Of a DNA stretch of 64,000 nucleotides, positions 20,113 to 42,202 are shown one piece after another. Source of the stretch: the human T2T-CHM13v2.0 reference genome, Homo sapiens. The translations under genes were made by a program, and so were the position numbers. Where the stretch lies: NCBI RefSeq assembly GCF_009914755.1, contig NC_060928.1; one strand, written 5' to 3'. The notes beneath the pieces were generated by a model. It ran no database searches. It saw nothing but the letters and a program-made list of their open reading frames with translations, and had not been told where the DNA came from. Each line of letters begins with the position of its first letter. Within the stretch, counting starts at the first letter, position 1.

Positions 20113-20766
20113 AGTTTTCTTTTTTTAATTAATTTCTATTCTCATTCCAGTTTGGTCATTAAAAGTAATCTGTAAAGTTCCTATTTTAAAAAATTTGTTA
20201 AGACTTTTTTGTAGCCTAACAGGTGGTCTATCAAGGAGAATATTTTATGAGCTATTCAGATGGGTATGTATTCTGCTTTTGTTTAAGAGTTCTCTACAAT
20301 TCTATTAGACATAATTGTTTTATACTGCTTTGAAGTCTTCTATTTCCTTGAGTATTCTTTTCTGATTATTCATTACAGAAATTGAGCTATTGAAATATCC
20401 TACTATAATTATATTGCTCTCTATGTCTTGCTTTACTTCTGTCAGTATTTGCTTTATATATTTGGAACCCTAATGTAAGACACACATACACACACACACA
20501 CAAATATATGTATATACACACATTTTTCAGGGTTTCCTAGTAAATGAACATTTTTAATATAGTTTATGTTCTTCTTTGTCTCTTATGAGCTTTTAGTTAA
20601 AATAAGTTTTATGAAATGGGAGTTTTTGACTTTAGATGTACTTTGGGTAATATAATTTTGACCTCTTCTGTTTGGTTCTTTGCATAAAGTTTTTTCTTTC
20701 ATCTTGCCTTTTTCAGTCTCCTTTAATCATTAGATCTCAAGTGACTCTTGTGAAAAAGCAAGTTGT

Positions 20767-21156
<390 letters not shown>

Positions 21157-21198
21157 TTACTTCATAAATATTTAAATAATTTGCTGAAATGGAAAGGC

Positions 21199-21412
21199 TT
21201 ATTCATGTTATTTTATTAATTGTTTTACTTGATTATTGTATTTTTGTCCCTTATTTTCTTTTCTGTCTTCCTTTTGACTTTTGTGTGGATAGATTTTTAC
21301 TTCTTATTTTATTCATGTTATTTTATTAATTGTTTTACTTGATTATTGTATTTTTGTCCCTTATTTTCTTTTCTGTCTTCCTTTTGACTTTTGTGTTGAT
21401 AGATTTTTACTT
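21199..21412. repeat. Near-perfect 110-bp tandem duplication
   Basis: attcatgttattttattaat... starts at both 21201 and 21311; one mismatch (gtgtggat/gtgttgat) in ~104 aligned bp. Confidence 0.95.
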
Positions 21413-22930
21413 ATTTTTTCATGTATCCATACAGATACTTACTTTTTGGTATTTTGGAAATTACATAAAATTTCTTAAAATAATACATTTTAAACTGGTT
21501 ATTTCAGTTGCGTTTGAAAATTCTTCCTCATTACATCTGCCCTCAACTTTGTTATTAATGTCACTAATTATATTTTTATGTTGCTTATTTATTAACAGAT
21601 TATGATGAACAGTTTATGATCATTTTTATGCTCTTTAAAATTTTAGAGAATAATTAAAATGTTTTCTGCACTATCATGATAATGGTACAGAACCTTACAT
21701 TTGTATATGTTCATGTCTTTCCCAAAAAGTTACTTATTTTCATATGATTATGTTTTGTTTTCTTGCATCATATTATTTTCAGTGGAAGATACTTTCTTCA
21801 GCATTTCTTTTCTAAGGCAGGTGTTGTGCTAATACACTTTTTCAACATTTGGTTATCTTGAAAGAGCTTTACTTTTTCTTCATTTTTAGGACAGTTTTGC
21901 ATGTTATGGTATTCCTGCTTACAAGCTTTCTTTCAGCATTTTAACTATATCACAATTCCCTCTTGTCTAAAAAAATTTTGTTGACAGATTCACTGGTTAT
22001 GTAAGACCACACTTATAAATGACACATCACTTTTATCTTGCAACTCCTAAGATTCTCTGTCTTTGACTTTTGAAACTTTGCTTATATAAATCTCTGTGTA
22101 TGTATCCTAGTTGAAGTTTGTTGAGCTTCTTCATTTTTTACATCCTTATTTTACTTTTGGAACTTTCTCACTCATTACTTTTGTATTTTTCACATCCACA
22201 ATTTGTTTTTTATATTTTAACGTTTTCATCGATACCTCATTTGTCTTATTATATTTAGTTGTATGTGTTCCCCTTTAGCTCATTGAGGATTTTTCAGGTT
22301 AATTTTTTAAAATTTCTACATCTTCATTTCTTATGGTTGTTTTCTGAAAAGTTTTAAATTTTTTAATTGGGCCATGTTGCCCTAATATTTTGTATATATT
22401 GTAACATCTGTTTGTTATTTGAACATTAACAAAAAGGTATTTGTCACAATCTTTACAGTGTTGCCTTGTCCTGACATAGTCTGAAACCTGTTGTCTTTGA
22501 TAGAGATAATGGGAGCCTCTCATACATGTTCTAAGGATGTGTCTTGTCTGGAATTTTGTGTTTGTTTTTCAGTGAAAAGGGATTATTCATGTTTCTTCTT
22601 ATGGTCTCTAGTCACTCTTCTACCTATTCCCTGTATTTAACACTGCAGCCTGCTCCTGAAACATTTACGTTTGGTCTTAGCAGACCCAAGCTGTTCTTCC
22701 AAAGTATAGCACCGTTTCTCTCAGCTCTCTGTGTTGTTGGAGACAGAAACCAGATTTTGTAAAGACCCCAGAAAGCCAGAAGTAAGGATATGTGTATCAG
22801 TATTTTTCTTCTAAGTAAGAAGCCAGGAGTTGACAGTTTACTCCTATAGGCACAATGCTATATTGGGGAGGAGGAAAGCTGTGGTGGGTAAATATAACAA
22901 ACTTTCCTTCCTGTTCCATGTGGTTCTTAG

Positions 22931-24880
<1,950 letters not shown>

Positions 24881-25086
24881 ATGACATTTCTAGTAATCTC
24901 TAATTCCAGTGTCTTTACACAGCAAATAAATTGGAGAATATTGCTCCCATATAAACTTGTATTATTTTTCTTATTTTAAATTTTTTAAAATTTCTGTAGG
25001 TACATAGTATGTGTATCTATTCATGGCTTATTTGGATTATTTTGATACAGGCATATGACATGTAATTATCACATCAGAGTAAATGA

Positions 25087-25449
<363 letters not shown>

Positions 25450-25609
25450 CTTTAATTATTTTTAAATGTGCAATTATTTTTTTACTACAGGTTATTTTAT
25501 GATTATAATAAGTATATGAGTATAATTATAATTCACACATTTCTAAGTCATGAATGCTTTTAAAAAATGTTCCATATTTATCTTTGAACATGTAGCATCT
25601 CTTTCCGCA

Positions 25610-25615
25610 AATAAA
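25610..25615 (+). terminator. Candidate distal polyadenylation signal
   Basis: AATAAA followed by GT/T-rich sequence (tttggttttgattt). Confidence 0.6.
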
Positions 25616-27300
25616 TGCAGACTTTGGTTTTGATTTACATGGAGTTAAATATGTAAATGTATTGCTCTAAAGATAAAATTTAGGTGTAAGAAAATTATGG
25701 GGCAAGCAGTTGAGTTTCTGTGAGAGTTTGTATCTATTTTCCAAGGAAAATAGCAATATTGGAACAAAGATTATTTTAATAAGGTGGATATTTTACTAGA
25801 AATCTAGAAACCTAAAACATTCTGAAATCAAATTTATATTTTCTTCTATTACTGTAAAATTTAACGGATCATTGTTGAGACTCTCCCATGCAAATTCTGT
25901 TTTTATTTGTCTGTTACTCATGCTAGAGCTATAATTGACTTCTTTCTTATTTTTTTTATTTTTACTTTATGAAGTATTTATTATGTGAGCTGGTCAGAAA
26001 TTATAATTTTATAAAATTTAGTAGCAAACACAAAATATTTAGATGCAAGTTCATAATTCGTGTATTAAGTTATATTTTAGTTAGGACATTTCATTTTATT
26101 GCTTTAGTTGGATAACCCTATATGAGCCGTTTAGTTATTTGTTTCACTTTTTATAATTGACATAAATGAGTTTATTGTGCCAATTTTTTCAGGTAAGTAC
26201 TGGTGAAACTTAATAATTCATGGGATGTTTTGATATATAATTATAGTAAGCATAAGAAAGTACTGGGTAATAGATGCTCCATAATTAGCCATAAATATTA
26301 TTCTTTCTGGAGTGAGTTTGTAGCTCCAAGTAAGAGAATGAAAATGTCTATAGTGAAGAAATGGCAGTCTGCATGTGGAGAGAACATCTGTTACCAGGCT
26401 GCAAAACTGACTCATTCTGAATTTAAAGAGAACCTCTGATTTTATTTTCTAATTATCTTTAGTTTTGGAATATCTTTATGGTTTATTCCCAGCTATGTAT
26501 GCCTCACACCCCTTCTTCTTTGTGTTATGGCTACAGTCTTCTCACTGTTCTCTTTTTGCCATGTAATTTCATACAGACTTTCTATGTTCTGATTAGAAGT
26601 TTGAAATTTTTCAGTGTGGTAAATTGTTTTTAACTGGAGTGTTTGAGGTTATTTATAGCTTATCAATGCAATGTTTAGATCACTTAATTGAGATAAGTAC
26701 TTTACTGTCTGCAGGGGCATTGGTGGAACATGAAGTGAAACACCAGGACCTGGTTCTGGAGTTATGGAGGGCAACTCCAATCCCCAGTGTGGGCCCCAGC
26801 CTCTGGCACACTGGTGCATGCCAAAAAGTACTCCTCAGGCCACCACTACTCTAATCAGTGCCCTTGCTACCATCACTGTTGTCATCTGTGCTTGCATTCC
26901 CCTGGTGCCTGGAAGTTCTGTTCTCCAGGTGGCAGATGACTGCTCCCGGCATTCACACGTTTTTATTCCATCTGTGGAGGAGTACTTTATAATTCTGACT
27001 GTCTTCTAAAAATCATTTCACTTAAGATAGCTCATTTAAATGGGATTATATACTCTTTGTCACTATGTTTCTGGTATATTTCACTAAATATGATGTCTTA
27101 AAGTTTTATGCTTATTGTAGCATGTGCATAATTTGCTATCTGAAGGTACAGCCATATTCCATTGCCTACAAATGCCATATGTTATCCATTTATCAAGAAA
27201 CTTAAGTAGCTGTCACCTTTTTGTGTGTAGGGGGTTGGGGAATGCTCTTAAAAATATATGTGTGCAAATGTCTATTCCAGGTCCTGCTTTGGATACATAG

Positions 27301-27670
<370 letters not shown>

Positions 27671-29408
27671 GTTCATTTTTAATATTTTGGAAAACCTGCA
27701 TCCTACTTTTATTGAGGGCTGCATTATTCTTTTCCACCAACAGTGCATGGAGGTTCCAAATCCTACATACTTGACAACATTGATTACTTTTTATTTGTTG
27801 AACAGTGGCCATGCTAATGGGTGAGAGTTAAGAGTTCATTGAGATTTTGCTTTGCATTCTTCTCATAAGTGATTTTGATTGTCTTTTCAAATTCCTCTTG
27901 GTTATTTGCATAGCTTCTTTTAGGAAATGTCTTTGAAGACACTGGTCCATTAAAAAAATGAAGTTATTCACCCTTGGTGGTGGTTATGTTTCAGAAGTCA
28001 AATGGTGGATGGCATTTGTACTCCACTTAGTGTTTCCCTTGATGTGTGGATATGCAGAAGGTTTTGAAAGTTTGATATAGTACCTTTTCTAATTCCCTTC
28101 TTGTTGTTCCTGCTTTTAATGTGATATTCGAAAAACCTGCCAAAACCAATGTTACTAGGCTTCTCCCTATATTTTCTTCTAAGTGTTCAAGAGTTATATG
28201 TCTTTTAATTTTATGTTTTTATGTTTAGTGTGTGTAAAGTATTTTGTTTGCATTGAAGAGAAAGGTCCAAGTTCGTTATCTTTCATTTAGACGTTGAGTT
28301 TTCTCACACCATTGGTTGGGGAGTCTGACCTTTTCTTCACTGTTTGGTCATGGTAACCTAGTAAAAGATTATATGATAATACTTGCACAGGTTTATTTCT
28401 GGGTTCTTTGTTCTGTCATGTATCTTTTTTTCACTTTATGCCATTACCACATTGGTTTTATTTTTGTAGCTTTGGACTCTTTTGACATCATGAGGTATGG
28501 TACTTTGTTCTTTTCTAAAGCTGTTGGCTATTCATGGTACCTTGAGATTACACATGAATTTTAGAATTATATAAAATATCTCTGCCAAATAAGTAACATT
28601 GGAATTTTAATAAGGATGACATTGAATTTGTACAATACTCAGAAATATTGACAGTTTAACAGTATTACATCTCCTGGCTGAGAAACATGTATTTGTGTCT
28701 GTGTTTGTGTGTTTGTGAGTGTGTGGATTGGCATCAGAGATAGTGCTGAGATGCAAGACAAAGAGTTCAAAGTGTTTCCTTGGCCTGTCTCTGGTCTCCT
28801 GCACAACTCTTAACATACAGAAGGTAGGCTAACCACTTGATCCTCAACTGGTTTATCTTCTTAGATGTATCATTGTCAAGTTGGTAGGAAAATAAAAATT
28901 CCTTTCACAAGTTGAACACAATTGTCTGCTTTTGGCCAAATCTCACACCCAAAGACCCAGAAAGTTGGAAGTTAAGGAAGATAAATTCTCCATGGTAGAT
29001 TTGTAGGTTAATTTGTTTTATTGAATTTTTTTTTTATTTTCAAATTTTTCGGCACTGTGTCATTTAATCAGAATAAGGCACCGTATATGTTTTATCCTTG
29101 CCTATATTTGCATATCCATATAAAATGGAAAGAGAACAAAAGACATAAAAAGAACAAAGGAAAGAATGTAAAATAAGAGAGGAAAAAGGAAGCAAAAAAA
29201 TGCAATTTTAAAAGTGCTAGAAATTAGAACTAAGAAAGCATCTGGGCAGTGTAATCACCATTTTGTTGTACAAGGCCCAAACCAACAGATGCTCCTGAAA
29301 CAGAGATATCAGACTGCAAATAACTCCTGAACGTTTTCTATTTTTACTGTATTTTATTCTTTCCCTAAGTTACCTCACTTTGTTTTGTCAGCTGAAATTA
29401 AACCCAGA

Positions 29409-31703
29409 TATATTAGTTTGTATTTACACTGCTACAAAGAAATACCTGAGAATGGGTAATTTATAAAGGAAAGAGGTAGCTGGGCATGGTGGTTCACGCC
29501 TGTAATCCCAGTATTTTGGGAGGCCGAGGTGGGTGGGTCACAAAGTCAGGAGTTTGAGACCAGCCTGGCCAACGTGGTGAAGCACCATCTCTACTAAAAG
29601 TACAAAAATTAGCCAGGTATGGTGGCTGGTGCCTGTGATCCCAGCTATTCAAGAGGCTGAGGCAGGAGAATCACTTGGATCTGGGAGATGGAGGTTGCAG
29701 TGAGCCAAGATCTCGCCAGAACAGCATGGGGGAACCACCCCCATGATCTAATAAGCACCCGTGAGTTCCCTCCCCAAACGTGGGGATTACAATTCATATT
29801 ACAATTCAAGATGAAATTTGTGTGGATACACAAAGCCAGACCATATTATTCCACCTTTGGTCACTCCCAAATCACGTGTTTCTCACATTCCAAAACATAA
29901 TTAGGCCTTCCCAACAGATCCCCAAAGTCTTAACTCATTTCAGCATTAACCCAAAAAGTCTAAGTCCATAGTCTCATCTGAGACAAGGCAAGTCCCTTCC
30001 TCCTATGAGCCTGTGAAATCAAAAGCAAGTTAGCTACTTCCAAGATATAATGGGGGTACAGGCATTGGGTAAATACACCCATTTCAAATGGGAGAAATTG
30101 GCCAAAACAAAGTGGCTGCAGGCCCCACCCAAGTCCAAAATTCAATAGGGCAGTCATTAAACCTTAAAGTGATCTCCTTTGGCTCCATGTCTCACATTTA
30201 ATTCACACTGCTGCAAGAGGTGAGGTTTCACAGCCTCGGGCAACTTCACCTCTGTGGCTTTGCAGGGTAGTCTCCCTCCCAGCTGCTTCACAGTCTGGTG
30301 TTGAGTGTCTGTGGCTTTTCCAGGCACACAATGTAAGCTGACAGTGGATCTACCATTCTGGGGTCTGGAGAACTTTGCCCTCTTCTCACAGCTTCAGTAG
30401 GCAGTGCCCCGGTGGGGACTCTGTGTGTAGGCCTCAACTCCACATTTTTTTCTGCACTGCCCTAGCAGAGATTCTCCATGAGGGTTCTGCCCCTGCAGCA
30501 AACTTCTGCCTGGACATCCAGGCATTTCCACACATCCTCTGAAATCTAAATTGAGGCCTCTCAACTTCAGTTCTTCTGTGTGCCTACAGGACCAACACTA
30601 TGAGGAAGATGCTAAGGCTTGGATCTTACATCTGAAGCAATGGCTCAAGCTGTACATTGGCCCCTTTTAGCCATGGCTGGAGTGACTGGAATCCAGGGAA
30701 CCAAGTCCTGAGACTGCACACAGCAGGGTTTCCTGGGCCTAGCCCATGAAATATTTTTTGCCTCCTAGGCCTCCAGGTGTGTGAGAGGAGGAGATGCCAC
30801 AAAGGTCTCTAACATGCCCTGAAGGCATTTTCCCCATTGTCTTGGTGATGAACATTTGCTCCTCACTTCTGCAGCCAATTTCTTCTGAGAAAATGGGTCT
30901 TTCTTTTCTACCACATCATTAGGCTGTGAATTGTCTAAACTTTTATGCTTTGTCAACTTTTGGATGTTTTGCTGCTTAATTTCTTTTGCCAGATAACCAT
31001 AAATTATCTCTCAAGTTCGACCTTCCACAGATCTTTAGGACAAGAGCAAAATGCTACCAGTCTCTTTGCTAAAGCATAGCAAGGGTCACCTTTATTCCAG
31101 TTCCCAACAAGTTCCTCACCTCCACATGAGACCATCTCAGCCTGGACTTCATTGTCCATCACTACCAGCATTTTGGTCAAAGCAATTCAACAAGTCTCTA
31201 GGAAGTCCAAACTTTCCCACATCTTTCCTTCTTCTGAGCCCTCCAAACTTCTAGCCTCTGCCTGTTACTCAGTTCCAAAGTCACTTCCACGTTTTTGGGT
31301 ATCCTTATAGCAGTGCCCCACTGTGTCAGTACGAATTTACTGGTAAGTTTATTTTAATGCTGCTCTGAAGAAATACCTGAGACTAATTTGGAAGAAAAGA
31401 GGTTTAATTGACTCACAGTTACCATGGCTGCTAAGACCTCAGACTCTTACAATCACAGTGGAAGGGGAACCAAACACATCCTACTTTACATGGTGGCAGG
31501 AGAGAGAAGTATCGTGCAAAGGGAAGAAAAGCTTCTTATAAACCATCAGATCTCGTGGGAACTCACTATCATGAGAACAGGGTAAGGGAATTAACCGCAT
31601 GATCTAATTACCTATGATATCCCTCCCCGAAAATGTGGGGATTACAATTTGAATTAAAATTGAAAATGAGATTTGGCTGGGGAGGCAAAGCCAGACCATA
31701 TCA
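29409..31703 (-). mobile_element. Full-length THE1 (THE1D-like) MaLR element: LTR, internal region, LTR. An Alu at ~29478-29718 interrupts the left LTR.
   Basis: Two direct LTRs (~29409-29848 and ~31341-31703) ending agccagaccatatt/ca, around ~1.5 kb of MaLR internal sequence. Confidence 0.88.
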
Positions 31704-32378
31704 TCAGTTCTCTAACAATATTTTACTTTGTTGTTATAATCCAGGTCCAAAGAATAAAAATAAAAATGTTTTCTAGTCATGGTTGCTTTATTTCTAAAGT
31801 AATCTGGGCAGATTGATCAATTGTTATATGAAGTTGGGACAGGAATCATTTATTAGCATTCTGAACAGGGATCCTGGCCAAGAAGAGAAATTCTTTAGAA
31901 AGGAGCCAGGGGTTCCATATATAAGAAAAACTCTTGGCCAGGTTCAGTGAAAATGACAAGCAATTTTACTCTTGCCAGACAGAATTCTGGCTGGCTGTGT
32001 GGACAAAAAGCCCAACTTTGGGGAATTCAATCCAAGACCTATCTACCTTCAGTCTTCTGCTGACTTTTGCATGGGGTTGTCATGGTTTTCTGTCTTTTAT
32101 TTTATTTTATTTTTTAACAATCTGGCCACCATTTTGTAGGGTGACTGGCTTGCTGGGGCTCCACTCCAGAACCTAGTCACCTTGGATTTTCCAGTACCTG
32201 GAAGTTCACCAGGGAAGGCTGAAAACCAGCAAAGATAGCAGCCTGCCCCTTCCTCTGGGATCTCCATCCTAGGGGGATACTGATCTGTTCCCTGCCTGAA
32301 TGCATCTGTAGGAGGTGGCTGGAGACCCTGGTTTGGAAGAAAAAGTCCGGCTGTGTTTTGGTAGAGCATCTGTGCTGT

Positions 32379-38769
<6,391 letters not shown>

Positions 38770-40489
38770 CTGTGTTGGGGATCCCTTCATCCCCTAATTG
38801 GTTTGGGCTCTCCAAGGCCCACAGTCTTCATTAGCTGAGATGCACAAACAGCAAAAGTGATGACCCACCACACCCTCCTGGGCATTCCATCTCAGAAAGA
38901 AATTAGAACTCTGATGGACTTAGAACATAAACAGGGGTGGTAGGAATCTCTGGCTGGGAGGACACGCCCAGTAAGAAGGAATTAATTGGGGTCCCATTTA
39001 AAGAAAAAGTCAACCTATGCCTCAACAAAACTGCCATGCCATGGTGGGGAACCACCTCTACCCTGGCCAGCTTGGACTCTCCAAAGCCTGCAGGCTGGAA
39101 CGACTGAGTCACCCAAATTGCAAAGGTGGCAGCCTGGCCCCCCTCCCTGCACACTCCATCCCAGACAGAAATCAGAATTCTGTCCATAGAATATGGGTGG
39201 GGGTGCCTGGAAGCCTCTGCTGGGGGGAATCACCCAGTGAGCAGAATGAATTGGGGTCCCATTTAAAGAAGTTGGCCACATGTTGGTAAAGCAGCTGTGC
39301 TATGCTGTGGGGTTTCTTCCTCATTTGGATCCTTTGGACTCTTCAAAGCCCATAGGCTGCAATGGCTGCATTATCCAAAGAGCAAAAATGGTGACTCACC
39401 TCTCCTGTCAAGGAGTCTCACCCATCTCAGGTAGGTGCTACTCTGTTGCCAGTGGCTGTCTGGAATTCTGAGCCAGTGGGTTTTATCTTATGAGGTGCCA
39501 TGGAAGTGGGACCAACAGACCAACAAGAGCTTCTTAAGCATGTACTTCAAGAAAAAAATATTTTTGTGTCTAAAGTTTGAAAGTAAGAAACTTGATTTGA
39601 GAGCTGACATGTCTTTTCTTCAGGGTTATCAGTCCCTGGCAGCCTTTCACTCACAACACTCTAGAGTTCACAAAATGTTCCTATATCCCATCTCTTCTCT
39701 GATCTTCATACCCTGAGGCTGTGCAAAATAGGGGCTTGAGTCCCATTTTGCAGATGAAAAAGCTGAGGCTCAGAAAGAAAAGATAATACACAAAGTTTGA
39801 GGCAGAACTGGGACTAGAACACAAGATTCTCAAACCAATGCTTTTCCCATCATTAAATCATTCCTTGGGCTAGGAATCCATTAAGACTCCAAAAGATAGA
39901 GCACTATTCAATGCGTCCTATCAACATTAGACCTGACCCACCCCAGAAAACTAAACAGCTCTGGGACCCTGAGGTGGAGAACTCAAAGAGAATGATGCCT
40001 ACATTTGCACATTGGAGCTCCAATCCAAACTCTGCCACTCAACTACAGAACCTCACTTTCTCAGCCTCAGCCTCTTCTGCTATAAAATGGAACTACAGAA
40101 GGCATCAAAAATCTAGGGATAAGGGCAGAACTGTACTCTGAATGCAGGAGTGACTGTAAAGTGGATAGCGCTCCTTGACTTTTGGTTTAAACACATGGAT
40201 GGTATGTTGTGTTTCTTTGTGTCACCTCCATTGTGTCTAGTTCATGGCTCCAGATCCTGGGGGCTTCTCACCAACCCTTATGCTAACTGATGGGTGGATA
40301 GATGAATGAATTAGTAGATGAAAATATAGATATAGAAAGATGAATGGATGTGTGGATCCTCAGGGAAGCAGAAAGAAGTAAACAGGAAGTCAAAGAATGA
40401 GGCGATGATTGATGGATGGAGAGTCCATGCATGAAATAGAGGCATAGTCTCCAGACCTCATAACTCCACCCAGCCCCAGCACAACCTCC

Positions 40490-40920
40490 CTTGGGGTAGC
40501 AGTGACATGCTTCAAATGATGCCCCCAGTCACCATGACACAGCTTCAGAAGGTGCCATAGTCCTGGGGCCAATCATGGCTCATGAGAAAGGTGCAGAGAG
40601 CCAGCAGAAAAAAAAACCCAGCATGATAAAGTGCATGTTGAAGCTCTTCTCACCTGCCATGGCTTCTTCATCAGGCCCTAGTCTATTCACTGCTGGCAGA
40701 GGGTATGCATGTCATCCAGCATAAACACTCAGACAGGCTCACAGTGGGGGATAAAGCTCTGGGATTGCTGCAAATTGAGGCTTAAAGGGAGAGTAAGAAC
40801 CCTTCAGGTCCAGACACAGTCCCTGTGCCCGCAAGTTCAGCATAGCACGAGGCAGCACAATTGAGTGGACAAGTACACCTACCCACCCACCTTCACTCCT
40901 CACCCTCCTGCATTTTCTGT
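40490..40920 (-). pseudogene. Unprocessed (duplicated) pseudogene fragment of BSND/barttin exon 1: 5' UTR plus coding part 40660-40490
   Basis: Minus strand from gccATGG (ATG 40660) reads MAGEKSFNMHFIMLGFF/LLALCTFLMSHDWPQDYGTF*SCVMVTGGII*SM/HCYPK, versus barttin N-terminus [59 protein letters not shown]. Similarity ends at the exon-1 boundary with a mutated donor (AAG|ggaggt). Two TGA stops (40545-40547, 40512-40514) and two frameshifts. Confidence 0.88.
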
Positions 40921-42202
40921 GGGCTAAGCAGTCCTGTGGGACATGTATGAATCTGAATGACAGAGTATGCAGGAAAGAGAGAAGGGAAGGTTACCAGGAC
41001 TGGGCCCCAGCCAAGGATTTGACATCACCTTATTTGCCTACTATAGGGATGAACTATGTGGACAGGTGCCCATATTATTACACTACATTAATACAAATAC
41101 ACCTCCCAGCCCTAGAAAGTAACATACAATTCTGCAGCCAGGAGACGTTAGAATGCTGCTCGAGGATTCCAGGATCTCAGAGGCTGGATTTCAGAGTTCT
41201 GAATTTTAGACTTTTCAAGGACATGTGCCCATCTGGGGTTCAGGCATAATAGACTATACTTACTAGATGGTGACTGTGTGCATGCCACCATAACATGTTA
41301 CACTATTAACTCATTTAAGGGACTCCATGAGGCAGGTACTGCTATCTTCACTTTACAGGAGACACTGAGCACAGGCAAGTAACTTGCCCATGGTCACAAA
41401 CCTGGAAATAGCAGAGCAGCTGGGATGTGAACCCAGAGTCTGTGTACTTAGCCACAGTGCAATCCTGCATAACTACAGAACAAACTATGTGTGTGAGCTC
41501 TGATGGCAAGGCAAGCTGGCTGGGTTTAGATCCTGGCTCCTCGACTCTGGGGCAGCATGGTCTTGACCTGCCTGTGCTTTAGTTTCCTCCTCTGTAAAAT
41601 AAGCATAATAACAGTGTCTTCTGGGTTTGGAGCTGTCTCCAGGTTTAGCCTCCCTGTGTTTTTTCTGTCCCCTTCACACTCTGGCCACCAGCCAGTCCTG
41701 CTTATAATAATCTCCTCCCATTCCATACCAAGGCTCTGGTAAATTAATGTCTGTGCAGGGTGTGAATGACTGACAGCAACTAACTCAATTTCCTAGCAGC
41801 CTAATCCAGAAGGATGCCTTCCTAAAAATAATATTCTAATTTTGGATAAATTTTAATTTATTAAAATTATAATTTTAATTGTTATTAATTCCTGGGGACA
41901 GGCTGGTGAAAAAATTTCCTGGGGACAGTCTGATGTCAAAAATCCATTTCCTTTACAGGATTACAAGAAAATAAGAACTATCAATATCTCTAAAAGACCA
42001 TGTTCACTTGCAGTGTTTATGAGGTTAAATGGTTGATGCAGGATAAAAGGCTTTCATTTGGCTCCTTGACTTTCTGGGTTTTTGGATTTTCCTGTGTTTG
42101 GTCATCACCTTCTCTCTCCTCCTCAGCATGGCTGTGCTTGTTCCCTAAACCTACACCTGTGCTCACACCAGGCCTTCTGCCTGGTAGTCCAACCCATAAA
42201 CC

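Noticed and set aside
26920-26940. CTCF-like ccaggtggcag motif (also ~45745-45760)
   Set aside because: Partial motif match only; not supportable without ChIP data.
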